NCBI GenBank assembly: GCA_947589475.1
Contig: CANQBO010000007.1
Location: forward strand, 33,493-97,492
DNA: 64,000 nucleotides
DNA from: an uncultured Clostridia bacterium
Lineage (GTDB): Bacteria; Bacillota; Clostridia; Christensenellales; CAG-917
Direction of reading: 5' to 3'
In this document: one piece after another, positions 44,532 through 54,563 of the stretch
How positions within the stretch are numbered: the first letter of the stretch is position 1
Layout: each line of letters starts with the position of its first letter
Translations under genes and position numbers: made by a program
The notes under the pieces: generated by a model
The model's input: the letters and a program-made list of their open reading frames with translations, nothing else
Database searches by the model: none
What the model was told of the DNA's origin: nothing

Positions 44532-44604
44532 GAAAAACAACGCACGGGCAGTTGCAACGTAAATTTCAAACTCTTCCGTAGGAGTTTGGCACTTGCAGAC
44601 AATC

Positions 44605-44647
44605 AAAAACGCGAGCGACGGCAAATATTTGCCTAGCTCGCGTTTTT
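44605..44647. terminator. Bidirectional terminator downstream of tgt
   Basis: AAAAACGCGAGC ... GCTCGCGTTTTT enclosing the palindrome GGCAAAT/ATTTGCC. Two smaller hairpins (44658-44679 and 44684-44702) sit between it and the tgt stop. Confidence 0.7.
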
Positions 44648-44703
44648 AGTTTGGGGTGCAGGGGACGAAGTCCCTTGCCGCAGTGTGGGCGCGTAGCCCA
44701 CAT

Positions 44704-45816
<1,113 letters not shown>

Positions 45817-45887
45817 TTAAACTGCCTCGTTATGTCTTTCAAACGCAACAACTTGCGCCGCACGTTGGGCCTTGCCCTCTCCCCCGC

Positions 45888-46166
45888 TCAAAACAGGTCG
45901 GAGTGCGTGCCTGTGCGTATCAGCTTCAAAACCAACCGATCTTCGTAAACCTTATAGATCAAAAGCCAATCAGGTTGAATGTGACATTCTCGCACGTCAA
46001 TATATTCTCTTGTGTTTACTAAAGCATGGTCGCGGTATTTTTCCGGCAAAGGTTGTTCGTTTGCAAGCATAGATACCACCTTTTGAAATTCGCCAATATC
46101 GCATCCTCTCTTTACAGCGAGCTTAAAATCTCTTTTGAATTGTCCTTGATATTCTATCCTAAGCAT
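45888..46166 (-). CDS. yafQ: Type II toxin, YafQ/RelE-family mRNA interferase
   Basis: 92 aa, FKRDFKLAVKRG...KYRDHALVNTREYIDVRECHIQPDWLLIYKV...LIRTGTHSDLF matches the YafQ pattern. Confidence 0.85.
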   Translation of the reverse strand: MLRIEYQGQFKRDFKLAVKRGCDIGEFQKVVSMLANEQPLPEKYRDHALVNTREYIDVRECHIQPDWLLIYKVYEDRLVLKLIRTGTHSDLF

Positions 46167-46425
46167 TCAGATCCTCCATAAGAGCCTCTACGCTGTCAAA
46201 AGGTCCGTAAACGTCATCTCCGTTTTCCGCATCGGCGATCGCTTTTGCCGTGATGTCATTGGGCTCTTCGCGGGTAACGTCAAAAGGAATACCGTGCCAC
46301 GCCAACGCTTTTTTCAGAAAAATATTTATTGCGGTGGACAGATCGAGTCCGAGATCGGCAAACAATTCCTGCGCTTGTTTTTTCACTTCCGCGTCGATAG
46401 AGATATTTGTAGATACTTTCGCCAT
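46159..46425 (-). CDS. dinJ: Type II antitoxin, RelB/DinJ family
   Basis: 88 aa, TNISIDAEVKKQAQELFADLGLDLSTAINIFLKKAL (ribbon-helix-helix DinJ N-terminus). It overlaps the toxin start by 8 nt. Confidence 0.85.
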   Translation of the reverse strand: MAKVSTNISIDAEVKKQAQELFADLGLDLSTAINIFLKKALAWHGIPFDVTREEPNDITAKAIADAENGDDVYGPFDSVEALMEDLNA

Positions 46426-46460
46426 ATTTTTTCACTCCTTAATTGAGATACTATATGCGT

Positions 46461-46489
46461 ATTCTACCACATTATATGCATTTTGTCAA
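46461..46489 (-). promoter_or_regulatory. Putative promoter of the dinJ-yafQ pair (TTGACA, 17 nt spacer, TAGAAT)
   Basis: Read on the minus strand. TATATGC direct repeats overlap and flank the -10 and could be the autoregulatory operator. Confidence 0.5.
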
Positions 46490-46633
46490 CATGTTATGCT
46501 CATATTATGTTTGTTTATACGCGTATTATGATCATAACTTTTGCAATTATATAGGAAAGTCTCCGCATTTACGATACTTGTCAAAGGCAGAACTCATATT
46601 TTCATAAGCAAGCGCGACAAAGAGATGCGCCGC

Positions 46634-47686
46634 TTATAAGAACAGGCACGCATCGCCGAAGGAGAAAAATCTGTAGCGTTCTTTGACGGCTTCGCGGTAT
46701 ATTTCCAGCGTCTTTTCTCTGCCTACGAAGGCGGACACCAGCATGATGAGCGTGCTTTCGGGCAGGTGGAAGTTTGTGATGAGTCCCTTCACGCACTTGA
46801 AACGGTAGCCGGGATAGATGAAAATGTTTGTCTCGCCCTTGCAAGGGCGCACAAATCCGTTTTCGTCCGCGACGGTCTCGAGAGTGCGCACGCTTGTGGT
46901 GCCTACCGCTATGACCCGCCTGCCCTCGCGCACCGCGGCGTTTATAATTTCCGCATTCTGCGCGTCTATCTCGTAATACTCCGTGTGCATCTTGTGGTCG
47001 AGGATATTTTCCTCCTTGACGGGACGGAAGGTGCCTAAGCCTATATGCAAAAGCACAGTCGCGAATTCCACGCCCATTTCCCTAAGCTTGTCCATAAGTT
47101 CGGGCGTGAAGTGCAGACCCGCGGTGGGAGCGGCGGCAGAGCCTTCTATCTTGCTGTACACTGTCTGATACCTTTCCTTGTCGGCGAGTTTTTCCTTGAT
47201 GTAGGGCGGAAGAGGCATATTTCCCACCCTGTCCAAAATATCCTCGAATACGCCGTCAAAGACAAACTCCACCGTACGCGCGCCGTACTCCCCGACCTCG
47301 GTCACCACCGCTGACAGCTCGTCTGAGATGAAAATTTTACTGCCGAGACGAGCCTTGCGCGCGGGCTTCATGATGGTCTCCCAATGCGTATAGTCAACGC
47401 GCTTTAAGAGCAACATTTCAAGCACGCTCTCATGGTTTTCGATGCGTCCGTATATTCGCGCGGGTATGACGCGGGTATTGTTGACGACAAGCAGGTCCCC
47501 CGCCCTCAAAAATTTAGGCAAGTCGTAAAAATGCGCGTGGGTTACGCTGTCCTCTGACCTGTCATACACCAAAAACCGAGAGCTGTCTCTCGGCTCGACG
47601 GGGGTCTGAGCAATAAGCTCTTCGGGCAAGTCATAATAAAAATCATGAGTCGAAAGAGCTGTATTTTTTTGGTCGCAAGTTGTCAT
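46634..47686 (-). CDS. queA: S-adenosylmethionine:tRNA ribosyltransferase-isomerase
   Basis: 350 aa, DFYYDLPEELIAQTPVEPRDSSRFLV and GTTSVRTLE motifs. Confidence 0.95.
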   Translation of the reverse strand: MTTCDQKNTALSTHDFYYDLPEELIAQTPVEPRDSSRFLVYDRSEDSVTHAHFYDLPKFLRAGDLLVVNNTRVIPARIYGRIENHESVLEMLLLKRVDYTHWETIMKPARKARLGSKIFISDELSAVVTEVGEYGARTVEFVFDGVFEDILDRVGNMPLPPYIKEKLADKERYQTVYSKIEGSAAAPTAGLHFTPELMDKLREMGVEFATVLLHIGLGTFRPVKEENILDHKMHTEYYEIDAQNAEIINAAVREGRRVIAVGTTSVRTLETVADENGFVRPCKGETNIFIYPGYRFKCVKGLITNFHLPESTLIMLVSAFVGREKTLEIYREAVKERYRFFSFGDACLFL

Positions 47687-47741
47687 ATCAAACGTTTACA
47701 TCTCAAAAATCGCAACTTTAAGCGCGACTTTTGACATTTTC

Positions 47742-48779
47742 TCAAAATCCTATATAAGATCTGCCGAGGTGTTTGTACGCGCTCGGAGTGCATATCCTTC
47801 CCCTCGGTGTGCGGGATATGAAGCCGAGCTGGATGAGGAATGGCTCAACGACGTCCTCGATGGTGCTTGCCTCCTCGCCCGTCGCCGCGCTCAGCGTATC
47901 CAGTCCCACGGGTCCTCCCGAAAATTTGTCTATTATCGCCTCGAGCACAGTCCTGTCCGTGATGTCAAGTCCCAACTCGTCCACGTCCATGAGCTTGAGC
48001 GATCTTTGCGTTATGTCCAAATTTATGCTTTTAAGCCCTTCATACTGCGCGAAGTCCCTCACGCGCCTCAGCAATCTGTTTGCGATACGCGGAGTGCCGC
48101 GGCTCCTGCGCGCGAGTTCGAGCGCCGCGTCGGGGTCTATCGCTATGCCGAGTATGCCCGCGGAGCGCACAACTATGTCGCGAAGCTCCTCGGGGGCGTA
48201 CATCTCGAGCCTCAACATCATTCCGAAGCGGTCGCGAAGAGGGCTTGAAAGCATGCCCGCCCTCGTCGTCGCGCCTATAAGCGTAAAGTGCTTGAGCGGC
48301 AAACGTATACTGCGCGCCATAGGTCCCTTGCCGGACACGAAGTCGAGGGAGAAATCTTCCATCGCGGGGTAAAGCACTTCCTCGATGTTGCGATTGAGAC
48401 GGTGTATCTCGTCTATGAAAAGTATGTCCCCTTTTTCGAGGTTGGTGAGTATGGCGGCAAGATCGGCGGCGCGCTCTATGGCGGGACCGCTTGTCACTCT
48501 TATCTGCGCACCCAGTTCTGAGGCGATGACGTGCGCAAGCGTAGTCTTGCCGAGTCCGGGAGGTCCGTACAACAAGACGTGGTCGAGGGCGTCCTGCCTC
48601 GACCTTGCGGCGGAAATGTAGACGTTGAGGTTCTCCTTTATTTTGGATTGCCCGACATATTCGCTCATACGTTTGGGACGTAAAGAGGTGTCCTGCTCGT
48701 CGTCCTCGATGGTGAGACTGCTGACAAGCCTGTCGTCGCTCTTCCCCGCGTTTTCCTTTGAAAATTGAGACTTTATCAT
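47742..48779 (-). CDS. ruvB: Holliday junction branch migration helicase RuvB
   Basis: [12 protein letters not shown], Walker [10 protein letters not shown], Walker B FIDEIHR. Confidence 0.95.
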   Translation of the reverse strand: MIKSQFSKENAGKSDDRLVSSLTIEDDEQDTSLRPKRMSEYVGQSKIKENLNVYISAARSRQDALDHVLLYGPPGLGKTTLAHVIASELGAQIRVTSGPAIERAADLAAILTNLEKGDILFIDEIHRLNRNIEEVLYPAMEDFSLDFVSGKGPMARSIRLPLKHFTLIGATTRAGMLSSPLRDRFGMMLRLEMYAPEELRDIVVRSAGILGIAIDPDAALELARRSRGTPRIANRLLRRVRDFAQYEGLKSINLDITQRSLKLMDVDELGLDITDRTVLEAIIDKFSGGPVGLDTLSAATGEEASTIEDVVEPFLIQLGFISRTPRGRICTPSAYKHLGRSYIGF

Positions 48780-48862
48780 ACTTCTCCGAGGGGCGTAACC
48801 GCCCTTTCTTGTTTTTATAATATTAAACGGAAACCGTGCGCAAAGTCAAGCCGTGCGCGCCA

Positions 48863-49459
48863 TTATCTGCCGCCGTTCAGATTTTTGAGGCAATAGGCGA
48901 TGATATTTTCAACTCCGCTCACGACTTTACTCGCCTCGCTCGCCGCGCGCACCGCCTCCGTCTTCGGAATCCCGAGGCTCTCGAGCGCGAACACGGCGCC
49001 CGCAATATCCTCGTCCGCGACTCCGCCCATTCCGGACGCCTCGCCGAACTGCGTGACGTCCTCCGCCGCTTGCTCGCGCAAGTTGAGCACAATGAGTTCC
49101 GCCGTCTTTTTGCCCAAGCCCTTTATCTTGCAAAGCGTCTTGACGTCCCCGCTTGCGATCGCGACGGTGAGCGTTTTCAGGTCGTAGCCGCTTAAAATCT
49201 GCATCGCCATTTTGGGACCTATGCCGCTTATGTCGATGAGCTTTAGGAAGAGTTTTTTCTCCTCCTCGCGCGAAAAACCGTACAGGGACATCTCGTCCTC
49301 GCGCACGTAAAGATAGGTGTAAATTTTGACGATCTCGCCGAGGTCGACGTCGTAGAGCGTGTTGCCGCTCACGCCAAGCTCATAGCCTATGCCGCCGTTG
49401 TCTATGACCAAAGACGAAAGACCCTTGTCGACGACTTTGCCCGAAATGTAGCTGTACAT
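48863..49459 (-). CDS. ruvA: Holliday junction DNA-binding protein RuvA
   Basis: MYSYISGKVV... OB fold, with GIGPKMA and GLGKKTAE HhH motifs. Confidence 0.95.
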   Translation of the reverse strand: MYSYISGKVVDKGLSSLVIDNGGIGYELGVSGNTLYDVDLGEIVKIYTYLYVREDEMSLYGFSREEEKKLFLKLIDISGIGPKMAMQILSGYDLKTLTVAIASGDVKTLCKIKGLGKKTAELIVLNLREQAAEDVTQFGEASGMGGVADEDIAGAVFALESLGIPKTEAVRAASEASKVVSGVENIIAYCLKNLNGGR

Positions 49460-49579
49460 ATCTCTCTCCTATGCCCCATGGGGCAACGTATTCTTGTTTT
49501 GCCGCCCGAATGTCATAAGCGATTTCTTCGAGCGCCTGTTTAGCCTTTATGCCGAGCGACGCATATCAAAATGCCCGTG

Positions 49580-50077
49580 TCATTGTACCCTGAATCCTGT
49601 GCCGAGCGCGCTTGTCTGAGCGTGGCACAGTGCGACGGCAAGCGCGTCCGCCGCGTCGTCGGGACGAGGAATGTTTTTGAGGCGCAGGAGCGCCTGCACC
49701 ATATGCATCATCTGCACCTTGTCCGCGCCGCCGTAGCCCGTGATCGCCTGTTTTATTTGGTTGGGCGTATATTCGTACACCTCGTCGCCCAAAGTCTTGA
49801 CCGCAGTCAGCAAGATGACTCCCCTCGCCTCCGCAACGGGTATGCCCGTCGTGATGTTTTTTGAAAAAAACAGCTCTTCTATCGCGATATTTTGAGGTTT
49901 GAAGGTCTCGATGAGTTCCTTCACTCCGTCCTCAAGCTGGACGAGCCGCGCGGGAAGAGTGCACTCCTTCGGCGTGGTGACGACGCCGTAATCGACGACG
50001 GAAAAATTGCCGTGCGCCGCTTCTATCACCCCGTAGCCCATTGTTGCAAGCCCCGGATCGATGCCGAGTATAGTCAT
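49580..50077 (-). CDS. ruvC: Crossover junction endodeoxyribonuclease RuvC
   Basis: MTILGIDPGLATMGYGVIE and the C-terminal DAADALAVALCH. Confidence 0.95.
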   Translation of the reverse strand: MTILGIDPGLATMGYGVIEAAHGNFSVVDYGVVTTPKECTLPARLVQLEDGVKELIETFKPQNIAIEELFFSKNITTGIPVAEARGVILLTAVKTLGDEVYEYTPNQIKQAITGYGGADKVQMMHMVQALLRLKNIPRPDDAADALAVALCHAQTSALGTGFRVQ

Positions 50078-50108
50078 AGTCGCCTCTCCCGCGCCATGTA
50101 TGCGCCTA

Positions 50109-51152
50109 TCAAATCAAAATGCTGTTTTCGCTCTTCGCGTCGAAGAGCATTATCTTTTCGGGCTTCGGAGATGTGCACACTCTGTCCCGCTTCGCGCCCA
50201 AAACCACACGCTTGCCCGAAACGGTATGATGCACGTATTTATCCCCTTCCCGAACGACGTACGCCGCGTCCTCGCTCCTCTCGCCGTCCTCAGCGTAATC
50301 CGCGCCGTGCCAACCGACGAGGATGGGTACGCCAATATAACTCGCGGGCACTCTGTCCTTGAGACGAGATACGTCAAGCCTAAATTCATCCCATGTCAGC
50401 GTAAGGCTTTCGCCGTCCGTGCTCAAAGTCGCGCTCTCAAAGTGGAAATTCCCATCGAGAGCTTGCGCCGCCCACACGCTCGAGGGTCTCTCATATATGC
50501 TCTCGGGCGTATCGAGCTGTTTCAGCTCCCCTCCGCTCATGACGGCGATCCTGTCTGCAATTAAGAGCGCCTCTTCCGCGCTTGACGTGGAATATATCAC
50601 CGTCGCGCCCTTTTTCGCTTTCTCCATAAGTATTGGGGCAAGCCAAGTCCAAAGTTCTCTCGCCTCGCCCGCGCAAAGTCCCGACGCGACGTCGTCGATG
50701 AGTATGTTTTTCGCGTCCCTCAACAGAAGTCTTGCAATCGCGAGTTTTTTTACATCTATGAGCGGCAATTTTTTGACTTTTTCGGGAAGGCAAGCGCTTA
50801 TGTCCGACTTTCTTGCCGCGCCTTCCACCGCCTCGCGTATCTCTTCCTTGTCCATGCCGCGTATCTTGAGCGGATAGGCAAGATTGTAAAAGCAGGTGCG
50901 GTTTTTGAACATCGCGAGATCGTCAAAGACAAACTGCATGTTTTCCTGTCTTTCAGAAACAGGCTCGCCGTCGACGAGCACCCTGCCCTCGCAGTCCGTA
51001 ACTCCAGCAATGACCTTGAGAAGCGTGGTCTTGCCACTTCCCTCGCCGCCGAGTACGGATATTATCTCGCCGTCGCGCACAGTGAAATCGAGCGTACCCA
51101 GCACGCGCGCGCCGTAAAGATATTGCTTTGTGACCCCCTCGAGACGTATCAT
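50109..51152 (-). CDS. MalK/UgpC-like ABC ATPase homologue with degenerate catalytic motifs (orphan; no permease nearby)
   Basis: Walker A GGEGSGKTT is intact. The LSGGQ position reads LPLIDVKK, Walker B is ILIDDV with no catalytic Glu, and the H-loop position reads YSTSS. A C-terminal OB/TOBE-like regulatory domain is present. Confidence 0.8.
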   Translation of the reverse strand: MIRLEGVTKQYLYGARVLGTLDFTVRDGEIISVLGGEGSGKTTLLKVIAGVTDCEGRVLVDGEPVSERQENMQFVFDDLAMFKNRTCFYNLAYPLKIRGMDKEEIREAVEGAARKSDISACLPEKVKKLPLIDVKKLAIARLLLRDAKNILIDDVASGLCAGEARELWTWLAPILMEKAKKGATVIYSTSSAEEALLIADRIAVMSGGELKQLDTPESIYERPSSVWAAQALDGNFHFESATLSTDGESLTLTWDEFRLDVSRLKDRVPASYIGVPILVGWHGADYAEDGERSEDAAYVVREGDKYVHHTVSGKRVVLGAKRDRVCTSPKPEKIMLFDAKSENSILI

Positions 51153-51739
51153 AGAATGTCTATGGATTCGCTGAAGCCGTCCATGAAGTTGTCAAGGAAG
51201 TAGCCAAGCTCGGGAAACTCCTCTCGCTGTGCGTCCAGAGCGTTCTTCAAGCGGTTGTACGCCTTGTCGAACTCGCTGTTGCCGAGCAATTTTTCCTCCG
51301 TGCACTTGACGAATGCGGACAACTTGTCGGCTATCTTCATAAGCTTATACTCCGTGCTGTCCTCGTCGGGCATTATATACGGAGTGTAAGGCGCCTTAAG
51401 TTCCTCGGGAAGCGCGTCGATGAGGCGCTGATTTATTTCCTTTTCTATGTCCTTATAGGCGCCCTTCATACTGTCGTTGTAATACTTGACGGGCGTGGGC
51501 AGGTCGCCGCTGACGACTTCCGCCGTGTCATGATACAGCGCAAGCGAGGCAATTTTGTCCACGTTGACGTTGCCGCCGAAAAGCGTATTGCGAATGATGC
51601 CGAGCGCCTGTCCGAAAATCGCCACCGCCGCCGTGTGTTGCATGAGGTCCTCGCGTATGTTGGAGCGCATCAGATTCCACCTCTGGATGAGCTTCATTCT
51701 GTTCATAAAAGCATAGAAAGTATACATATTCTTTTCCAT
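51149..51739 (-). CDS. HD-domain 5'-deoxynucleotidase (YfbR-like)
   Basis: Start MEKNMYTFYAF at 51739 with an AGGAGA RBS. RWNLMRS...QHTAAVA...LYHDTAEVVSGDLPTP (H..HD..D). The stop overlaps the ABC-like gene start (ATGA). Confidence 0.8.
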   Translation of the reverse strand: MEKNMYTFYAFMNRMKLIQRWNLMRSNIREDLMQHTAAVAIFGQALGIIRNTLFGGNVNVDKIASLALYHDTAEVVSGDLPTPVKYYNDSMKGAYKDIEKEINQRLIDALPEELKAPYTPYIMPDEDSTEYKLMKIADKLSAFVKCTEEKLLGNSEFDKAYNRLKNALDAQREEFPELGYFLDNFMDGFSESIDIL

Positions 51740-51844
51740 ATAAGTCTCCTTTTTCAAACTCATCATACGCCTTGCAATGTCCGCTTTTCGGGACATATAC
51801 GCTATACGAATATATACTCCGCAATTTAGCAAACAGCCTATTTA

Positions 51845-53239
51845 TCAGATGATGTATTTGCTGCTCTTTTTGGGCGCGGCTTCGAGTTCCGCGCGCTTCT
51901 GTTCGTATCCGCCTCTGCCAAACAGCGCATACGTTGCGTTTTTACCCTCTTCCACGCCGGGTTGGTTGAAGGGGTCTATGCCCAGCAGACTGCCGCAATA
52001 CGCCGTTTCCATCTGGAAGAAGAACATCAGCTCGCCAATGCTCTCCGCGTTTACCGAGTCGAGCAAGATGGTGCGGTTCATATGCTTCGAGCGCGTGAGG
52101 GCGTACTCCGTAGCGACGCGCTCCGTGTTGATAAGCTCGCCCATAGTGTGCCCGCACAGGAAGTTGACGTCTTTGAATTCCTCCGCTCCGTTTGCGATCT
52201 CGATGTCCTTTTTGAAGTGCTCGACGCCTATTATCGTGATGACCTTGTCGAAGGGACCCTCGGTGTAGAGTTGTACTTGCGAATGCTGGTCGGTGACTCC
52301 GAGCGCCTTGACGGGAGTCTGTCCCTTATGTACGGTGTTGCCCGCAAGGTCCACCGCCTTGCCGAGGCTCTCGCCCCAAAGCTGGCAGTACCAATCCGCC
52401 ATAAGCTTGAGGCTGTCGGCATACGGCATCATGACGGAGATGTTCTTCCCCTTCTGCTCCATAGCGATATAGCTGAGCGTCGCCGCCATAAGCGCGGGAT
52501 TCTTGTACGGGTCGGAGCCGTCGCACGCCTTGTCCATATTCGCCGCGCCTCTCAGCAGTCCGATGATGTCGATGCCAAGCACCGCCGCGGGCAGAAGTCC
52601 CACGGGGCACAACTCGCTGAATCTGCCGCCCACTCCGTCGGGAATGAAATATGTCTTGAAGCCCTCCTGCTTTGCAAGTTTTATGAGGTTGCCCTTGCTT
52701 TCGGAAGTCGTGGCGATGATGTGTTTTGCCCAATCCTTGCCGCACTTCTTTTTGAGCAGATCGGTGATGATAAGATATTGACTCATGGTCTCGGACGTCG
52801 CGCCGCTCTTAGTGATGACGTTGAACACCGTATCCTTCACGTCGATGACGTCGAGAAGCGCGTGCATACGCTCGGGGTCGACATTGTCCTCGACATAAAA
52901 TTTTACTCCGCGCTTTTCAGGCTCCAACTCGTTGTATCTCAAATGGCAGAGCGCGTTGTAAACCGCCATGGGACCGAGCGCGCTGCCGCCTATGCCCAGC
53001 ACGACGAAATTTTTGTAGTGCGCGCGTATCTCAGCCGCCGTAAGTATTATGTCGCCGACTATCTCCGCTTGATTATAGGGGAGCTCGCTCCAGCCCATCC
53101 AGCCCTTGCCGCGATTTTTCTCGAAATAGGCGTACGCCTCTTTCGCCTTTGGCAATACGGCCTCTATCTCCGCCTCGCTTATGCCCTGCTCGCCGATGTA
53201 GGCGTCCATCATGTTGTTGAAATCGAATTTAAGTTGCAT
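51845..53239 (-). CDS. pgi: Glucose-6-phosphate isomerase
   Basis: 464 aa, GIGGSALGP, SKSGATSET and the active-site region DQHSQVQLYTEG. Confidence 0.95.
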   Translation of the reverse strand: MQLKFDFNNMMDAYIGEQGISEAEIEAVLPKAKEAYAYFEKNRGKGWMGWSELPYNQAEIVGDIILTAAEIRAHYKNFVVLGIGGSALGPMAVYNALCHLRYNELEPEKRGVKFYVEDNVDPERMHALLDVIDVKDTVFNVITKSGATSETMSQYLIITDLLKKKCGKDWAKHIIATTSESKGNLIKLAKQEGFKTYFIPDGVGGRFSELCPVGLLPAAVLGIDIIGLLRGAANMDKACDGSDPYKNPALMAATLSYIAMEQKGKNISVMMPYADSLKLMADWYCQLWGESLGKAVDLAGNTVHKGQTPVKALGVTDQHSQVQLYTEGPFDKVITIIGVEHFKKDIEIANGAEEFKDVNFLCGHTMGELINTERVATEYALTRSKHMNRTILLDSVNAESIGELMFFFQMETAYCGSLLGIDPFNQPGVEEGKNATYALFGRGGYEQKRAELEAAPKKSSKYII

Positions 53240-53245
53240 AAAATA

Positions 53246-54028
53246 TCAGCCTCCGATAAGATTTTTCAAATATTGCACGGAAGCGGCGACTTCGCCGTAT
53301 TCCGTATAGTTTTTCGCATACTGTTCTATAAGCAAGGGTCCGTCGTAGCCCATATCCTCGAGGCGGGAAATAAGCTCCTCAAACGGGAAGATCCCCTTGC
53401 CGACCATCGTTATGTTGCCGCGCGCGTCCACGTCCGAGATGTGCACGTTTTTAAGCCTGTCCCCCATAACGGCAAGATAATCCCGCCAATCGTACTCGGA
53501 CTGCCTCGCCTGTTTTATGTCGAGCACGGCGCCCACGTCGGGACAATACTCTTTTGCGACCTCGAAAAAGGACGGCTCGCTGAACATAGCCCAATGCACG
53601 TTTTCAAGGCACAGCGTAATGCCGTACTCTTTTGCGATCCTGCCCAACTCCTCAAGCCGCTTGCCCGAAGTCACGGGATCTATGACGGCGTTCTTTTTTA
53701 GGTGCGGTATGCCATGGAAAGTGTACACCTTCGCGCCCATCCTGCGCCCCGCCTCGAGCACTTTGCGGTACAAAATTTCCGCGTCCGCGCGCGTCCTCGC
53801 CGCCGCGTTGAAAAGTTGAGGCTCGAATTGCGTGTTGAGCGAGTGTACCGAGTACACTTCAAGTCCCTCCAGCCTGCTTAGGAGCATATCGACAAAAGAA
53901 GGCTCATACTCGCTGTAAGTGGTCAAAAACACCTCACAAATATCGCCCCCACAATGACGAATAACCGAGAACGTATCCTCGGTCAATTCCTTCAAAAAAA
54001 ATGTTGCCGTCGAAATGCCAACTTTCAT
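53246..54028 (-). CDS. Sugar phosphate isomerase/epimerase (xylose isomerase-like TIM barrel)
   Basis: Start MKVGISTATFF at 54028; the LCLENVHW and HISD motifs are typical of AP_endonuc_2/TIM-barrel proteins. Confidence 0.8.
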   Translation of the reverse strand: MKVGISTATFFLKELTEDTFSVIRHCGGDICEVFLTTYSEYEPSFVDMLLSRLEGLEVYSVHSLNTQFEPQLFNAAARTRADAEILYRKVLEAGRRMGAKVYTFHGIPHLKKNAVIDPVTSGKRLEELGRIAKEYGITLCLENVHWAMFSEPSFFEVAKEYCPDVGAVLDIKQARQSEYDWRDYLAVMGDRLKNVHISDVDARGNITMVGKGIFPFEELISRLEDMGYDGPLLIEQYAKNYTEYGEVAASVQYLKNLIGG

Positions 54029-54141
54029 ATTTCCGCCGCTCGCACCGCGACTTTGACGCGCTTTCAGACCGCGGAGCGTGCCGTACACGCCGTCCCGTCC
54101 TTAAACGTCGCGCGACCTTGCGCCCCGAAGGGCGCGCATCG

Positions 54142-54453
54142 TCAATCGTTTTTGTTGTCGGACCTTCTGCCGTTTTCGTCGATGTCCTTTTGCTTGCGAA
54201 GCTGTCCTTCCAGCCTCGGTATCACGATGTCGAGGTTGTCGAAAGGCGAACGCGACGTCGCGCTCACTCTGAAATCGCCCTTCTCGCACGTTATCTGAAG
54301 GTCAGTCGTATAGTCCTCGTTTTCAAGCGTGACGGTAAACCTGAGATCCGCGCCGTCGCCCAACCTCTTTGCGAGCTTCGCGCACTTCTTCTCCGTGATC
54401 TTGACAAGAGAGTCGCTGGGGTTGTAATTCTTCCCGAAAATCGTAATGTTCAT
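54142..54453 (-). CDS. hpf: Ribosome hibernation factor, short HPF/RaiA type
   Basis: 103 aa, MNITIFGKNYNPSDSLVKITEKKCAKL...; S30AE fold only. The long C-terminal dimerisation domain common in Firmicutes is absent. Confidence 0.85.
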   Translation of the reverse strand: MNITIFGKNYNPSDSLVKITEKKCAKLAKRLGDGADLRFTVTLENEDYTTDLQITCEKGDFRVSATSRSPFDNLDIVIPRLEGQLRKQKDIDENGRRSDNKND

Positions 54454-54563
54454 GATCCGCCTCCTGTGGGATTTTATCCGCTACAATTATAACAAACGTA
54501 TCGTGTATAATCAACAGTTTATCAAAATTTTACGCCGTTTAAAGCCTTCCTCTCTTCGCTTCG

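Noticed and set aside
51962-53701. 579-aa ORF on the plus strand
   Set aside because: It is antisense shadow spanning pgi and the sugar-phosphate isomerase gene. It crosses a real intergenic gap, which a genuine gene would not be expected to do here.
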